From Candidatus Latescibacterota bacterium (GTDB lineage Bacteria; Latescibacterota; CBDEFO01), in contig OZ252149.1 in assembly GCA_965248755.1 (NCBI GenBank), positions 3,808,001 through 3,872,000 of the forward strand: a stretch of 64,000 bases of DNA. The letters are read 5' to 3'. Both the position numbers and the translations under genes were made by a program. The notes below the pieces were generated by a model. That model worked only from the letters and a program-made list of their open reading frames with translations. It was not told the DNA's origin and did no database searches. Each line of letters begins with the position of its first letter. Position 1 is the stretch's first letter. Below, piece after piece: positions 30,441 through 41,773 of this stretch.

Positions 30441-32120
30441 ATGACGTCATTTGCGGTTCGATCTGACCGGGAAAGTGACACTTTTCAGCTGCGCTGGAGC
30501 AACGGAACACAACCTATGACCATTTTCTATCGCCCCTCTGACGGTGTGGCTGCCGATTTCATCCCCTTTTACTGGAGAGGTGACTACCATCTCTTTTACC
30601 TGAAGGATTATCGGGACGAGACCGGGCACGGGCAGGCAACGCCGTGGTTTCACCTGGTGACGCGTGATTTTGTGCACTTCCAGGACTGGGGTAAGGCGTT
30701 GCCGCGCGGAGCCACCGGCTCGCAGGATGTATGGGTTTACACCGGCTCTGTCATTGAGCAGAACAGAACTTTCCACATCTTCTACACCGGGCATAACTCC
30801 AACTTCAGAGACGTCGGAAAACCGGTGCAGGCAGTTATGCACGCTGTCAGTCCGGATATGTGCACCTGGGCGAAAGACACCGGGTTTCTGTTCTTCGCGC
30901 CGGAGGGCTAAGAGAAGAACGATTGGCGGGATCCATTCGTCTTTTGGAACGAGGAGAGTCTGCCGAATACTGGATGTTGTTGGCTGCGCGGAAAACGGTT
31001 GGTCCCAGCCGCAACCGCGGTTGCATTGCCATGGCAGCGAGCCCGGACTTGCGAACGTGGGAAGTGCGTGAGCCTTTCTGGGAACCGGATGAGTACTACA
31101 CTCATGAGTGCCCTGACCTCTTCCAGATCGGCAGCTGGTGGTACCTGGTCTACTCTACCTTCAGCAAACGTTGGGTTACCCACTACCGTATGAGCCGCAG
31201 CCTTCGGGGCCCATGGTTAGCTCCGGCCAACGACACTTTTGATGGACGCGCTTATTATGCGGCAAAGACTGCCGGCGATGGTAATCGACACTTTGTTTTC
31301 GGCTGGTTGCCCACTAGAGTCGATGAGAAAGATGACGGTGGCTGGAAGTGGGGCGGTAATCTGGTGATCCACCAGATCGAACAGCACTCTGAAGGCATAC
31401 TTACGGTACGCATGCCAGACAATATGGCGGCGCACTTCTCTCAGTCAGCAAAGTTAGCCCCAGAACCCGTTCTTGGACCGTTGACGGTGGAAAATGACAC
31501 TATCACAGCTTCTGCTGCAGGTCGTTTCTCGGCACTCACGTTAGGCATGATACCCGACAGGTACCTGATTGAAACAACCATCACCTGTGCCGAAGGGACT
31601 GCTAACTGTGGGTTACTGCTGCGTACGGATGATGACTTGAATTCCTACTACCAGGTACGCCTGGAGCTCCCAAACCAGAGGCTGGTCATTGACCGCTGGC
31701 CGCGTGCGGGGCGACCAGCCCTTCATGCTTGAACGTCCGCTGGCCATAGCACCTGACCACCCAGTCACCCTGCGTGCCATCGCCGACGGCACGTGTTTGG
31801 TAGTATACGCCAACGAACAGGTGGCACTTTCCTGCCGGATGTATGACCATCGTATGGGAAAGTTAGGACTGTTCGTCACCGAAGGTAAGGCAAGCTTTCG
31901 AAACTCATGCATCAAGACTATGGCTGATGTTACTGTAATGCCTCAGGAGATAACAGCGTATGCGATGGCTACTGAGTGGAGCAGTTCACCGTTCGAAAGA
32001 GGAAATGGAAAAGATATTTGCTTCACAGACTGTTGGATAAAAGTATCTGTCGTCAAGAGCAAAGTTTCAGTGCGGCTGAGCTTCCAGTCGTCAGGAAAGA
32101 TAAAAAGACTATGTGTGTGA
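30441..32120 (+). pseudogene. Glycoside hydrolase family 32 pseudogene
   Basis: ADFIPFY, YTGSV, WRDP and HECPD motifs spread over three frames; TAA at 30909 and frameshifts near 30957 and 31710. Confidence 0.8.
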
Positions 32121-32742
32121 TTATCCCAAAGTGAGGAATTCTACCGTGATCTTTGACCCTGTGCGCTTCGACCAAGCAATCGCGTGTCTTGACGCCGCTA
32201 ACAGCGAAGACCCCAACACGGAGGTCTTTGAGACGGTGGAGTACCCGAAAGAGCTGCTCTACTCTAGAAGAATGACCGCGTGGCTGGAAGTGCTTGGTCC
32301 CGATGCCTCCGAAGCGTTGAAACTCGCCTCCCGGTGTCAGCACATCCGACGATGGACCATCCCGCGCAGTGACTACCCGATGGATCGGAGTGGTTACAAA
32401 GAGTGGCGGACTAACCTTGCCAAGTTTCACGCGGAAACCGCCGGCCAGATTCTAATAGACGTTGGCTACGACGCAGAAATCGTCCGCCGTGTGCAGGTGC
32501 TCCTGCGAAAGGAGAAATTGAAACTGGATCCGGAGGTTCAACTCTTGGAAGATGTCATCTGCCTCGTTTTTCTGGAAAACTATTTTGCCGATTTTGCAAA
32601 GCAGCATGACGAAGGAAAGCTGATCGGTATTATCCGAAAGACCTGGAAGAAGATGTCTCCCCGAGGACATGAAGCTGCACTTGCGCTGAACCTTCCTCCG
32701 GATTTGCGGGCGATCGTAGAGAAGGCGCTGGCTAAGAAATGA
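32113..32742 (+). CDS. DUF4202 family protein
   Basis: DAANSEDP, PKELLY, QH..RW..PR..YP, LEDVICLVFL. Confidence 0.75.
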   Translation: MCDYPKVRNSTVIFDPVRFDQAIACLDAANSEDPNTEVFETVEYPKELLYSRRMTAWLEVLGPDASEALKLASRCQHIRRWTIPRSDYPMDRSGYKEWRTNLAKFHAETAGQILIDVGYDAEIVRRVQVLLRKEKLKLDPEVQLLEDVICLVFLENYFADFAKQHDEGKLIGIIRKTWKKMSPRGHEAALALNLPPDLRAIVEKALAKK

Positions 32743-32964
32743 TATCGGTCACCGTAGTTGAAGAGGTTTCAAAACCGCGATCTACCGTTGTCAGGATAAT
32801 ATCTTACTGGTATTTGTATTGGCTAACGGAACATATGTGACCATGTCGATACGATTCTATATGGGCCCGAGGGAAGAAGTCCTTCTTTTTCTGGGCAAAG
32901 CTCGATAGTCCAGTCTCACCAGCTGGAAAGATTACCCACTTTAAGCAAGGTGGGTATTTTCTTG

Positions 32965-32994
32965 TTGACATACCCCACACAGAAAAAGTACCTT
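32965..32994 (+). promoter_or_regulatory. Sigma70-type promoter
   Basis: TTGACA-18-TACCTT upstream of 33132. Confidence 0.4.
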
Positions 32995-33131
32995 ATACCT
33001 GACCAGGAGAGATTGTATGCGTCAGAAATCTCTTCTGCGCAGATACTTTTAACCGCCAAAGCGAAGACAGACCGAATGCAGCCACGCTGTAGTTTAAGAT
33101 TGTCAGGTTAAGATAACCTAAAGGAGGAATC

Positions 33132-34757
33132 ATGGCGAAGCGAAAGGGCTCAGATAACTTAAGGGTGTTGCCACCATTAGGGCAGGCGCCCGAATTCAGT
33201 CAACGCCAGTGGAAGGAGGGGCACGCTATCTGGTGGGGGGACTATACTACGCCGTTCTTTGAAAAGCAACCTCCGTCACCATCAGACCTAAGAAGAGCGC
33301 CAGTCTGCCAGACGGCAGCGGGGGAATATGAGCCGCTCGTACTGGGAATCTGGGGCTTGCGGGATGCCGGTATGGTTACTCTGGAGGTTGAGGAGTGCGA
33401 ATTTCCGATTGACATAATGGCAGCCGAATTCCAGGAGAGAGCAGTGCCGAAGGCTCCCATCCAGGGCAGGAGACGAATGGGCATTCCGTATTGGCTCCCG
33501 CGTCAAGCTACCACCCGCATCGAGGCCGGAAAGAACACAGTTTATTGGTTGACTGTCCGTGTGCCCCAAGGAACGCCGGCGGGTGTCTACGAGGGAAAGC
33601 TGTCGCTGCTGCTGCACGAGCGCGGCAGAGTGGATTCTCATTATGATCGGCATGAGCTGCCGCGTGTCCTGCTTCCCTTTTCCATCACAGTGTTGCCCAT
33701 TTCACTGCCGCCTGCACAGATTGCGTACGGCATGTATTTTCGTCCCCGTACATTGGACGAAAGATATCAAGAGAAAGGCCTCATGCGACACTATTATCAG
33801 GACATGGCTGCTCACGACCACACCAGTGCGACGGTATATGCGCCCGACTCAATCTGCGATGATTCCGGAGAATTGCGGCTGGAGGGGAAACGGACGACGG
33901 AAATTATCGAAGAGATGCTCGCAGGTGGACTCATTCATCCCGAGATTCCGGTGATGTTGTTAGGGGGGGTAGGAAGGCTTGACGAGGTAGCTGCCAAGAA
34001 GTTTGCAGCGTTTTTGCAGACAGAGTGCCGAAGGCGGGGTTGGCCAGAACTCCTAATATATGCCCCAGATGAGCCGTCCTATACTGGCGAGCGCGGTCCA
34101 GGTTGCATCGACGAGTTCAATCGGCTTCAGCGATTTCGGCCCGGCTGCCGCCTGGTAACGGCTATTAGCTTCGAATCTGCAAGGTATTTCTCCAAACAAC
34201 TGGACGTCTGGGTCGTCCACAACGGGGGGATCGACCAGGAACTCAAAGCGCTGGTGGGGGAGGTTGGAGCAGAGATGTGGACATACGACTGCGGGCACCG
34301 CGGCACGAATCCGACTTTCAACCGCTTCTACCCGGGGCTTTACACCTGGGCGCTGGGTCTGAAAGGAAACTTCCTATGGTGCTACACTGACTATGAACCG
34401 ATCGGCTGGGAAAAAGAGCGATGCACGCCCTTCAACTACGTCCTCCCCAGTGACACCGGTCCGGTGTCATCGGTCGGTTGGGAAACCCGCCGCGAAGGCA
34501 TCAAAGACTATCGCTATCTGTGCGCACTGGAAAAGCTCCTCTCCGAGCAATCAGGATCTCGGGCAGCCGAAGAGGCCGGGATCTGGCTGGAAAAACTGGC
34601 GAGTCGGGTCAGGTGGAACACGGACGCCGACCGACCGGAGCCTTCGGAGCGCTGGGACGAGCGCGACCTCTACAGCCAATGTCCGGAAATCGCCCCGGCC
34701 GAATTTAGTCAGATACGGGCAAAACTCATAGAGTTGATACTTTCTCTCTCCCAATAG
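33132..34757 (+). CDS. Glycoside-hydrolase-like hypothetical protein (GH123/DUF4091-like)
   Basis: WLTVRVP..TPAG.Y.G, PDEP, WE..REG..DYRY; strong RBS. Confidence 0.55.
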   Translation: MAKRKGSDNLRVLPPLGQAPEFSQRQWKEGHAIWWGDYTTPFFEKQPPSPSDLRRAPVCQTAAGEYEPLVLGIWGLRDAGMVTLEVEECEFPIDIMAAEFQERAVPKAPIQGRRRMGIPYWLPRQATTRIEAGKNTVYWLTVRVPQGTPAGVYEGKLSLLLHERGRVDSHYDRHELPRVLLPFSITVLPISLPPAQIAYGMYFRPRTLDERYQEKGLMRHYYQDMAAHDHTSATVYAPDSICDDSGELRLEGKRTTEIIEEMLAGGLIHPEIPVMLLGGVGRLDEVAAKKFAAFLQTECRRRGWPELLIYAPDEPSYTGERGPGCIDEFNRLQRFRPGCRLVTAISFESARYFSKQLDVWVVHNGGIDQELKALVGEVGAEMWTYDCGHRGTNPTFNRFYPGLYTWALGLKGNFLWCYTDYEPIGWEKERCTPFNYVLPSDTGPVSSVGWETRREGIKDYRYLCALEKLLSEQSGSRAAEEAGIWLEKLASRVRWNTDADRPEPSERWDERDLYSQCPEIAPAEFSQIRAKLIELILSLSQ

Positions 34758-34785
34758 GGGCTGAGAGTTGGAAAGGGTATGAATA

Positions 34786-35700
34786 ATGCAATATCGTGAA
34801 CTTGGCAAAGATGGTCCTGAAGTGCCGGTTATCGGCTTTGGCGCCTGGGCGGTCGCCGGTGGAATGGGACACGTGGACGGGGAAACGGCAATCGCCACTG
34901 TGCGCGCTGCTATTGACAACGGCGTCACGCTGATAGATACCGCGCAGGCGTATTACAACAGCGAAGAAATCATCGGTAAGGCCTTGAAGGGCGGCTACCG
35001 CGACCGCTGCTTTCTGGCCACAAAAGTCAGTACCAACTACTCTCGCGAGGATATTTTATCAGCGATGGAGAACAGCTTGCGCAAGTTGGACGTTGACTAC
35101 GTTGACCTGTATCAGATACACGGCTGGGATCCGACCTATCCTATCGCCGAAAGCATGGAGACTATGGCCAAGCTGGTCGAACAGGGTAAGACGCGCTACA
35201 TCGGCGTCTCCAACTTCAGCGCCGAGCAAATGCAGCAGGCGCTCCAGATTGCTCGGTTTCACTCAAACCAGCCGGGCTACAACATGTTCAACCGCCAGAT
35301 TGAAGCTGAGGTCATCTCCTATTGCCAGCGCACGGGCATAGGTATCCTCGCCCACAGCTCGCTGGCGAAAGGCTTGCTTACAGGTCGCTACAAGCCTGAT
35401 CATAAATTTCCCAAGGACGACGAACGCTCCGATCCTAACAGACGCAACTTCCAGGGTGAAACTTTCGCGCAGTATCTTGCGGTTTCCAAACGGCTCCAAG
35501 AGGTCGCTTACGATAAGGGCTTAAGCCTCGTCCAGCTTGCCATCAGTTGGCTTCTGCGTCTGCCCCCCGTCACCTGTGCTCTTGTAGGAGCGAGGAACCC
35601 AGATCAGATCGTAGAACACGTCGGGGCAGTCGGCGTGACGTTCAGCGATGATGAATTAGCGCGGATAGATACTATTCTGGAGGATGCGCCGAAGGAGTAA
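34786..35700 (+). CDS. Aldo/keto reductase
   Basis: DTA.AY, ATK, DLYQIH, IGVSNF. Confidence 0.92.
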   Translation: MQYRELGKDGPEVPVIGFGAWAVAGGMGHVDGETAIATVRAAIDNGVTLIDTAQAYYNSEEIIGKALKGGYRDRCFLATKVSTNYSREDILSAMENSLRKLDVDYVDLYQIHGWDPTYPIAESMETMAKLVEQGKTRYIGVSNFSAEQMQQALQIARFHSNQPGYNMFNRQIEAEVISYCQRTGIGILAHSSLAKGLLTGRYKPDHKFPKDDERSDPNRRNFQGETFAQYLAVSKRLQEVAYDKGLSLVQLAISWLLRLPPVTCALVGARNPDQIVEHVGAVGVTFSDDELARIDTILEDAPKE

Positions 35701-35914
35701 CAAGGGTACGGTCGAAGTATGTACTGCTGGAGTCCCGTCGCTGTTCCGCTCATTCAAGGTCTTACTGGGACAAAGATGATAACTGGCAGGTCGCAACGCA
35801 TCGCGCAGGGGGTGACATTTTGTCGTATCAATGAGATATGGAAATTGATCGGGTACTTCAACTGGTCTGGAAAGGTGCTTCTTCTTTGTTGGTGACGATT
35901 CGGGGAGATGAATC

Positions 35915-37021
35915 TTGAGCGCAAACGAAGCTGATGTTATAATCGTTGGTGGGGGTGTGATTGGCTGCGCCATCGCCTACAATCTGTCAAAGGCGCAGGT
36001 AAAGACGCTGGTTATCGATAAGGCGGAGGTCGTTGGCAGGGAGGCGTCATGGGCAGGAGCTGGGATCCTGTCGTCTCGCGCCTACACGCGAGAACCGTAC
36101 GCCGAGCTTTGTCGGGAGAGCCTCGCGATTTTTCCGTCATTGACAGAAGCATTAAGGGAGCAAACGCGAATTGATATTGAGTTCACCCAGTCGGGGGGGA
36201 TCGCCGTATTTTTTAGCGAAGAGGATCGGCGCGAATTGTTTGGGTTGGCAAAGCGGCGTATAGATCGCGGCTTTAAGGCGGAGATGTTGACATCAGAACA
36301 AGTGCGGGAATTGGAACCTGCTGTCTCGGCAGCGGTTATTGGCGGCGTTCGTTTTCCTGATGATGCACAGGTCCGCAATCCGAAGCTGGTCAAGGCGCTT
36401 GCAGCAGGAGCGGCGCTGTTGGGAGCTAAATTTCTGTTTGGAAATCCTGTCACCGGATTTCTGAGAGAAAACGATCGTATCGTCGGCGTTGAGGTGGATG
36501 GCAAAACCATCCGGGGAGATACGATCGTCATCGCTGCTGGTTGTTGGTCGGGCAAGATTGCTGCGCTTTTGGGCTATCAGTTGCCGATCAAGCCTTCCCG
36601 TGGACAGATTGTGCTGGTCGAAGCGATGTCGCCCATCCTGGGCCATACGATTGACGGGCTTGGCTTTTACGTCGTTTCTCGATCCGATGGAAAGATCCTG
36701 ATTGGCGCGACAGTCGAATTTGCGGGATACGACAAGCGCACAACGGTGAAAGGTGTGCGGCAGATGGTAGAAGCCGGAATCGCACTGGTCCCGGAGCTTG
36801 CGAAGAAAACATTCGTTCAGACATGGGCGGGATTGCGCCCCTATGCAAAGGGCAAGCCCTATCTTGGGAAAGTCCCCGGCTTTGAGAATGTTATTGTTGC
36901 ATCAGGGCATTTCAAAAATGGCATACTCCTCGCGCCGATCACTGGCAAGCTGATCAGCGAACTGATTACGACTGGAAATCCATCGATGTCTCTGGATCCG
37001 TTTCGTCTTTCGAGAGGTTGA
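35915..37021 (+). CDS. thiO: Glycine oxidase ThiO-like FAD-dependent oxidoreductase
   Basis: GGGVIG, AS.AGAG, WAGLRP, GHFKNGILLAP. Confidence 0.8.
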   Translation: MSANEADVIIVGGGVIGCAIAYNLSKAQVKTLVIDKAEVVGREASWAGAGILSSRAYTREPYAELCRESLAIFPSLTEALREQTRIDIEFTQSGGIAVFFSEEDRRELFGLAKRRIDRGFKAEMLTSEQVRELEPAVSAAVIGGVRFPDDAQVRNPKLVKALAAGAALLGAKFLFGNPVTGFLRENDRIVGVEVDGKTIRGDTIVIAAGCWSGKIAALLGYQLPIKPSRGQIVLVEAMSPILGHTIDGLGFYVVSRSDGKILIGATVEFAGYDKRTTVKGVRQMVEAGIALVPELAKKTFVQTWAGLRPYAKGKPYLGKVPGFENVIVASGHFKNGILLAPITGKLISELITTGNPSMSLDPFRLSRG

Positions 37022-37176
37022 TACGAGATATATCTGATCTGATGCTGAGAACAGACGCACTTGTAAATCCACAACACCTGGACGCAGGCGCCTCGTTGGC
37101 TGGACTGACAGATTCAGAAGGTTACTGGTTGCTTTTGAGCAAAAAGACTGACACTGAGAGGTCGTCTTGACAGTAG

Positions 37177-38277
37177 TTACTGCTGCTGCGGGGAAGATTT
37201 GCCCTTAGACTCTGCTCGAGAGGTGGCGACATCCTCCTCGCCAAAGAGAAACGAGAGGAGCGCGAAGCGCCTACCCACCTTCACCTCTGTCACTTCGTGC
37301 AGGAGCGAGCAGGAGAACACGAGTGCTCCGCCGGCTGCCGGTCGGTAGAGGTGGGGCCCGTACTCCGGAAACCGCAGGTCCCCGCCCTCATAGCCCTCGT
37401 TCAGGTTCAAGGTCAGGGCGAAACGTCGGTGAGCGGTGGAAGGGCTCAGATTGTCTCGGTGGGCGTGGAAAAAGCCGCCCGCTGCGGCGTCATAGCAGGC
37501 GATCTTGAAGCCTTCAAAGCGTGTGGCCTTGAACGCAAAGGCTCTCTGGACTTCAGGCATCAGCCGGCTTCCGACCGTAGATGAGAGGAGTCTCAAGAGT
37601 TTCTTATCGTTTACGATGTGATCACGCCTGCGCTTGCTGTCAGGGCTGATAGTTTCCTGCCGCCGATCCTCGTATGACTGCTCGACGCCTGTCTCGATGT
37701 TGCCCTGAGTCTCCCAAACTTCACTCAGGTACTGGCAGATCTCCTGGTCGAGCACATTGGGTAGCAGGAGAACAGGAGCCTGGATCTTGATCTCCACGGC
37801 TTCGACCCGGGGCAGGGAGGCGTCGAGGATAGAGATGACCTTTTGCGCTGTGGATTCTGCATCCTGCAGGAAGAGCGACGCCAGCACCCGCAGGTTGGGA
37901 TCCAACACAAAGATGGTTGCTTTTTCGTCAAGGGCCAGACGATACGCTTTCCTCACGATTCCCTCTGTGTCCCAGAAAACTGGACAGGGGATCTCGCCCT
38001 CGCCGGAGGCCTGCCGGCTGACCTGTGGGTTGTCACACCCCTCTTCCCCCAATTGTCCGCCCCGAACCGCGAAGATAGAGACTGCGCCGGAGGCAGAGTC
38101 GTTCAGAGCCTCACAAAAGCGCAGTAGCTTGCCGAGTTCATCGTCGTCATAGAAGAGGAGTACGGCGGGCCTTCCTCCTGCCCTGGCGTAGAAACGCGTA
38201 GGCGTGCCATCTTGATAGGGGAGAACGAAATCCGAAGCTCTCTCACCTCGACCGAGTCCTGGTACAGCTCTATTCAT
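37177..38277 (-). CDS. Redoxin-fold + 2OG-Fe(II) oxygenase fusion
   Basis: DF.LP...G N-terminal AhpC-like part; HRD...H...R iron/2OG motif; YEGG.LRFPE. Confidence 0.8.
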   Translation of the reverse strand: MNRAVPGLGRGERASDFVLPYQDGTPTRFYARAGGRPAVLLFYDDDELGKLLRFCEALNDSASGAVSIFAVRGGQLGEEGCDNPQVSRQASGEGEIPCPVFWDTEGIVRKAYRLALDEKATIFVLDPNLRVLASLFLQDAESTAQKVISILDASLPRVEAVEIKIQAPVLLLPNVLDQEICQYLSEVWETQGNIETGVEQSYEDRRQETISPDSKRRRDHIVNDKKLLRLLSSTVGSRLMPEVQRAFAFKATRFEGFKIACYDAAAGGFFHAHRDNLSPSTAHRRFALTLNLNEGYEGGDLRFPEYGPHLYRPAAGGALVFSCSLLHEVTEVKVGRRFALLSFLFGEEDVATSRAESKGKSSPQQQ

Positions 38278-38515
38278 GTTTCTGTATCCATCGTTTAAAT
38301 GCACAGGTTGTACAGCTTGTGGGTATGGCAACGGTTCAGAGGAGCGGCTGCTTCCGTCCCTTATATTAGTGCACCGCATTCGTCACATGTCAACAGGACA
38401 GAAGCCTGTTAGACTTTATAGAGACTTTATGGAGACCCAAGGGTTGTACCATCCGAAACAGGTGTGCGGATCAGCGCGCTATATATTACGTAAAGTTACT
38501 GTTTCTTTATCCTTA

Positions 38516-39817
38516 TTACAGCCGACCTTCCTTCTGCAGGATATCCCCGGCAATGGCATAGGTGGCGCCGTGCATTGCTATTACCAGCAGGCCAAGCCCC
38601 GTCGCAAGGTACCCGCCCATATAAAGATTGGGGATGTCCACCGACTCATAGTTGTGTTGATGGGTGTGTACCTGGTGCACCTGGAAGCGGTAGTTATCGT
38701 ACTTCTCGTAGAGCTGCAGCGGCGGGAATCCCTGGAAGACGGAATAGTCGGCAATGCCGCCAATCTCCTTGATTACGTGGTCCACCTCCAGCGTGCTCTC
38801 AGCCCCGTTTGTTGCTACGGTCACCAGGCCGCCTGCGTTGCCTTGTTCGATCCTCCTAATATGGGTCTGGTAGAGGGCGTCTATCCTGGATGACCGACTC
38901 TCCAGAATCTCAGCGATCCGGGCGTAGTAGGGCAGGCCATGGCGGCTTTGGTTTATCAGCGTCCAGTGATGCTCCGGGGATTGCCGCATCACATAATAGA
39001 CGTGCTTGCCGGCATCATGCAGCTCGGTCGCCGCCCAGTCGGCCGAGCGCCCGCCGCCCACCACCAGTACGCGCTCGCCCGGGAAATCTTCTGGCATGTC
39101 GTAATATGAGGTCACAAAGTCCAGGTCTTCTCCCGGCACGTCCAGATTGCGCAAGATGCATTGCTGACCCACAGCATAGACCAGGTACTTACATGTGTAG
39201 CGGTGTGTGGTCTGGGTACCTACGTCGAGGCTCGTCAGCAGGAACCCTTTTTCGTGCGGCTGGATGCACGTAACCTTCTCGTAGGTGTGGATGTGCTCTT
39301 TCTGTTGAAAGCGCGCGGGAACCCTGTGATAATAATCGATCAGACGGCCCTTGACGATCAGTTCGTTTACATCCAGGCAGATACCTTCCTCCTGGATGTG
39401 CTGGGCCAGAGGATAGAATGCGAATTCCATCCACTGCCCCGGTGACAGTGTCAGCAGGTTTTGGGGTACGTTGTTCCAGAGTCCGCCGACCTCTTCCTGT
39501 GTGATCAACAGGTAGTCCAGCGGCTCCTGCTGCCGAAACTCCATTCCGATCTGTCCCGGCTCCTCAAAGAGCTGCCGCGGATGGTGCAGGAGGCGAAAGA
39601 GATCTGCGGGGGCTAAATTGGCTCGTACCAGCTCCTTGAAATCCAGTCCTAACAGTGTGCCCTGCACCTGGCTCAGATAGTCCGTCAGTGGTCTGTAGCT
39701 CTCGGTGAAGATGTGGCTGTTGCGATAGTAGGGGTGCAAACCACCCAAGACCACAGCTAAGGGCAGCCCGCCAGGACCCCCGCCAACGATGATCACCTGG
39801 TGATGCTCTGGACTCAT
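38516..39817 (-). CDS. FAD/NAD(P)-dependent oxidoreductase (OSGIN-like)
   Basis: GGGPGG, GG.W...LTLSPGQWM, VGGGRSA. Confidence 0.7.
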   Translation of the reverse strand: MSPEHHQVIIVGGGPGGLPLAVVLGGLHPYYRNSHIFTESYRPLTDYLSQVQGTLLGLDFKELVRANLAPADLFRLLHHPRQLFEEPGQIGMEFRQQEPLDYLLITQEEVGGLWNNVPQNLLTLSPGQWMEFAFYPLAQHIQEEGICLDVNELIVKGRLIDYYHRVPARFQQKEHIHTYEKVTCIQPHEKGFLLTSLDVGTQTTHRYTCKYLVYAVGQQCILRNLDVPGEDLDFVTSYYDMPEDFPGERVLVVGGGRSADWAATELHDAGKHVYYVMRQSPEHHWTLINQSRHGLPYYARIAEILESRSSRIDALYQTHIRRIEQGNAGGLVTVATNGAESTLEVDHVIKEIGGIADYSVFQGFPPLQLYEKYDNYRFQVHQVHTHQHNYESVDIPNLYMGGYLATGLGLLVIAMHGATYAIAGDILQKEGRL

Positions 39818-40098
39818 TCTCTGTTCAACACCCGCTGTTCATGTGTCGGCCCCTCTCCGCGCTCTGTAGTGTCCGCTGAAATACTCCGCTTAATTATAAA
39901 ACAATTGTCTTGTAAAATCAAGGGTTTATGAGTGCAATGCTAGAAAGGTCTGATGGACACCCATTTCTTCGTTTCTCCCACTTAGTGTGCACTTTGAGTA
40001 AAGTGAGTATAGTGGATAGACTTACAACGGAATTAAGTGAGTAGCCAGTGGACTTACCACTCCATATGCTATCTAGTATCGGGCACTTTTGTTTTCTA

Positions 40099-40127
40099 TT
40101 GACTATATCTGCAATCAGGGCTATATT
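40099..40127 (+). promoter_or_regulatory. Sigma70-type promoter of radC-rarA
   Basis: TTGACT-17-TATATT. Confidence 0.55.
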
Positions 40128-40172
40128 ATCATAAGAAAGAGGAACTTACCTTTGATTCTGCGGAAGAAGTCT

Positions 40173-40883
40173 ATGGCAACTCCCTACAGACAATCTATCA
40201 AGGACTGGCCCGAGGATGAACGCCCCAGAGAGAGGCTCATAAAGTACGGAGCGTCTTCGCTTTCTGATGGCCAGATATTAGCTATTATACTCGGGAGCGG
40301 AGATTCGACATCGAATATGAGCGCGGTTGACCTCGCAAGATTCATGCTGAACACGCTCGGGAGCTTCAAGGCTATGGACACGGCGAGCGTATCTGAGCTG
40401 TGTCAAATCAAAGGCGTCGGAACAGCCAAGGCCTCCCAGATAAAGGCGGCTATAGAACTTGGGAAACGTCTCTTTGCCCATCCCGAAGAGTCGCAGATCG
40501 CCTTTATGTCGAGTGAAGACGTAATGCGCATATATCTGCCTGTGCTCAGGAACCTCAAGAAAGAGGTCTTCAAATGCGTGCTTTTAGACGCTAAGAACAA
40601 GTTTTTGAGAGATATCACGATATCCGAAGGGGGATTGACGGGCACTGCAGCGGATCCCCGTGAGATCTTTGGACCTGTTCTGAAGGAGTCGGCTGCGTCT
40701 GTCATATTTGTCCACAATCACCCCTCCGGTGACCCGACTCCCTCACCGCAGGACATCGAAGTGACGGAACGTCTGGTCAAGACTGGAGACATAATGGGCA
40801 TCAGGGTGCTGGATCATATCGTAATCGGGGATGGAAAAGCGGTGAGCTTTGTTGACAGGGGCCTTATGCCGGCCGGAGATTAA
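40173..40883 (+). CDS. radC: RadC family JAB-domain protein
   Basis: ERPRERL, HNHPSGDP.PS..D, LDH. Confidence 0.95.
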   Translation: MATPYRQSIKDWPEDERPRERLIKYGASSLSDGQILAIILGSGDSTSNMSAVDLARFMLNTLGSFKAMDTASVSELCQIKGVGTAKASQIKAAIELGKRLFAHPEESQIAFMSSEDVMRIYLPVLRNLKKEVFKCVLLDAKNKFLRDITISEGGLTGTAADPREIFGPVLKESAASVIFVHNHPSGDPTPSPQDIEVTERLVKTGDIMGIRVLDHIVIGDGKAVSFVDRGLMPAGD

Positions 40884-41773
40884 GATAAGGTCAACGGAGA
40901 TGGATATCTTTGATCAAATAGAGCCAGCAAGCAGATCGGTTCCACTTGCCGACAGGATGCGCCCCAGAAGTCTGGATGAGTTTGTGGGTCAGGGGCATAT
41001 TCTGGGACCGGGCAAGCCTCTAAGAACAATAATAGAGAAGGACCATCCCTATTCCATAGTCTTCTGGGGACCTCCCGGCACGGGGAAGACCACGCTTGCA
41101 AGAATAATTGCATCCACTACGGGCGCCAGGTTTGTAGGCTTCAGCGCGGTAGTCTCAGGTATACAGGAGGCCAAAAAAGTCATAGCCCAAGCGCGTCAGG
41201 AGAGGGAGGCTTACGGTGACAGGAGAACTATCCTCTTTGTGGACGAGATTCACCGTCTAAACAAGGCACAGCAGGACGCTTTTCTGCCTCACGTCGAAGA
41301 CGGCACGATAATGCTCATCGGCGCCACCACGGAAAATCCTTCCTTCGAGATCATCTCGGCGCTTCTATCCAGAACGAGGGTCTTCGTGCTGAACCCCCTC
41401 TCTGAGGAGGAACTCAAAACTGTAGTCCGAAACGCCCTTGGGGACGGGGGAAGGGGGCTCGGGACGATGAACGTCCACATGGGTCCGAAAGCCCTCGATT
41501 GTCTGATAAGCATTGCAAACGGAGACGCAAGGAAAGCCCTCAATACGCTTGAAATTTCCACTTCATCGGTTGAACCTGGCGGAGACGGCGTGCGGCGAGT
41601 CACGTTGGAAGTGGTCGAGGAGGTGGAGCAGAGGAGGATTCCGATCTACGACAAAGGTGGGGAGGAGCACTACAACGTAATCTCCGCCTTTCACAAGAGC
41701 CTGAGAGGCAGCGATCCAGACGCGGCCTTATACTGGCTTGTCCGCATGCTCTCTGCCGGGGAAGACCCTTTAT

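Noticed and set aside
32998..33110. Possible glycine riboswitch aptamer (ggagaga...cgccaaagcg...tcagg)
   Set aside because: The core CCGAAG and CTCTCAGG motifs are degenerate and the downstream gene is unrelated; would need cmscan.
39998..40052. aagtgagta...agtgga direct repeat upstream of radC as an SOS-like operator
   Set aside because: Only two imperfect copies, and not seen upstream of the other repair genes.
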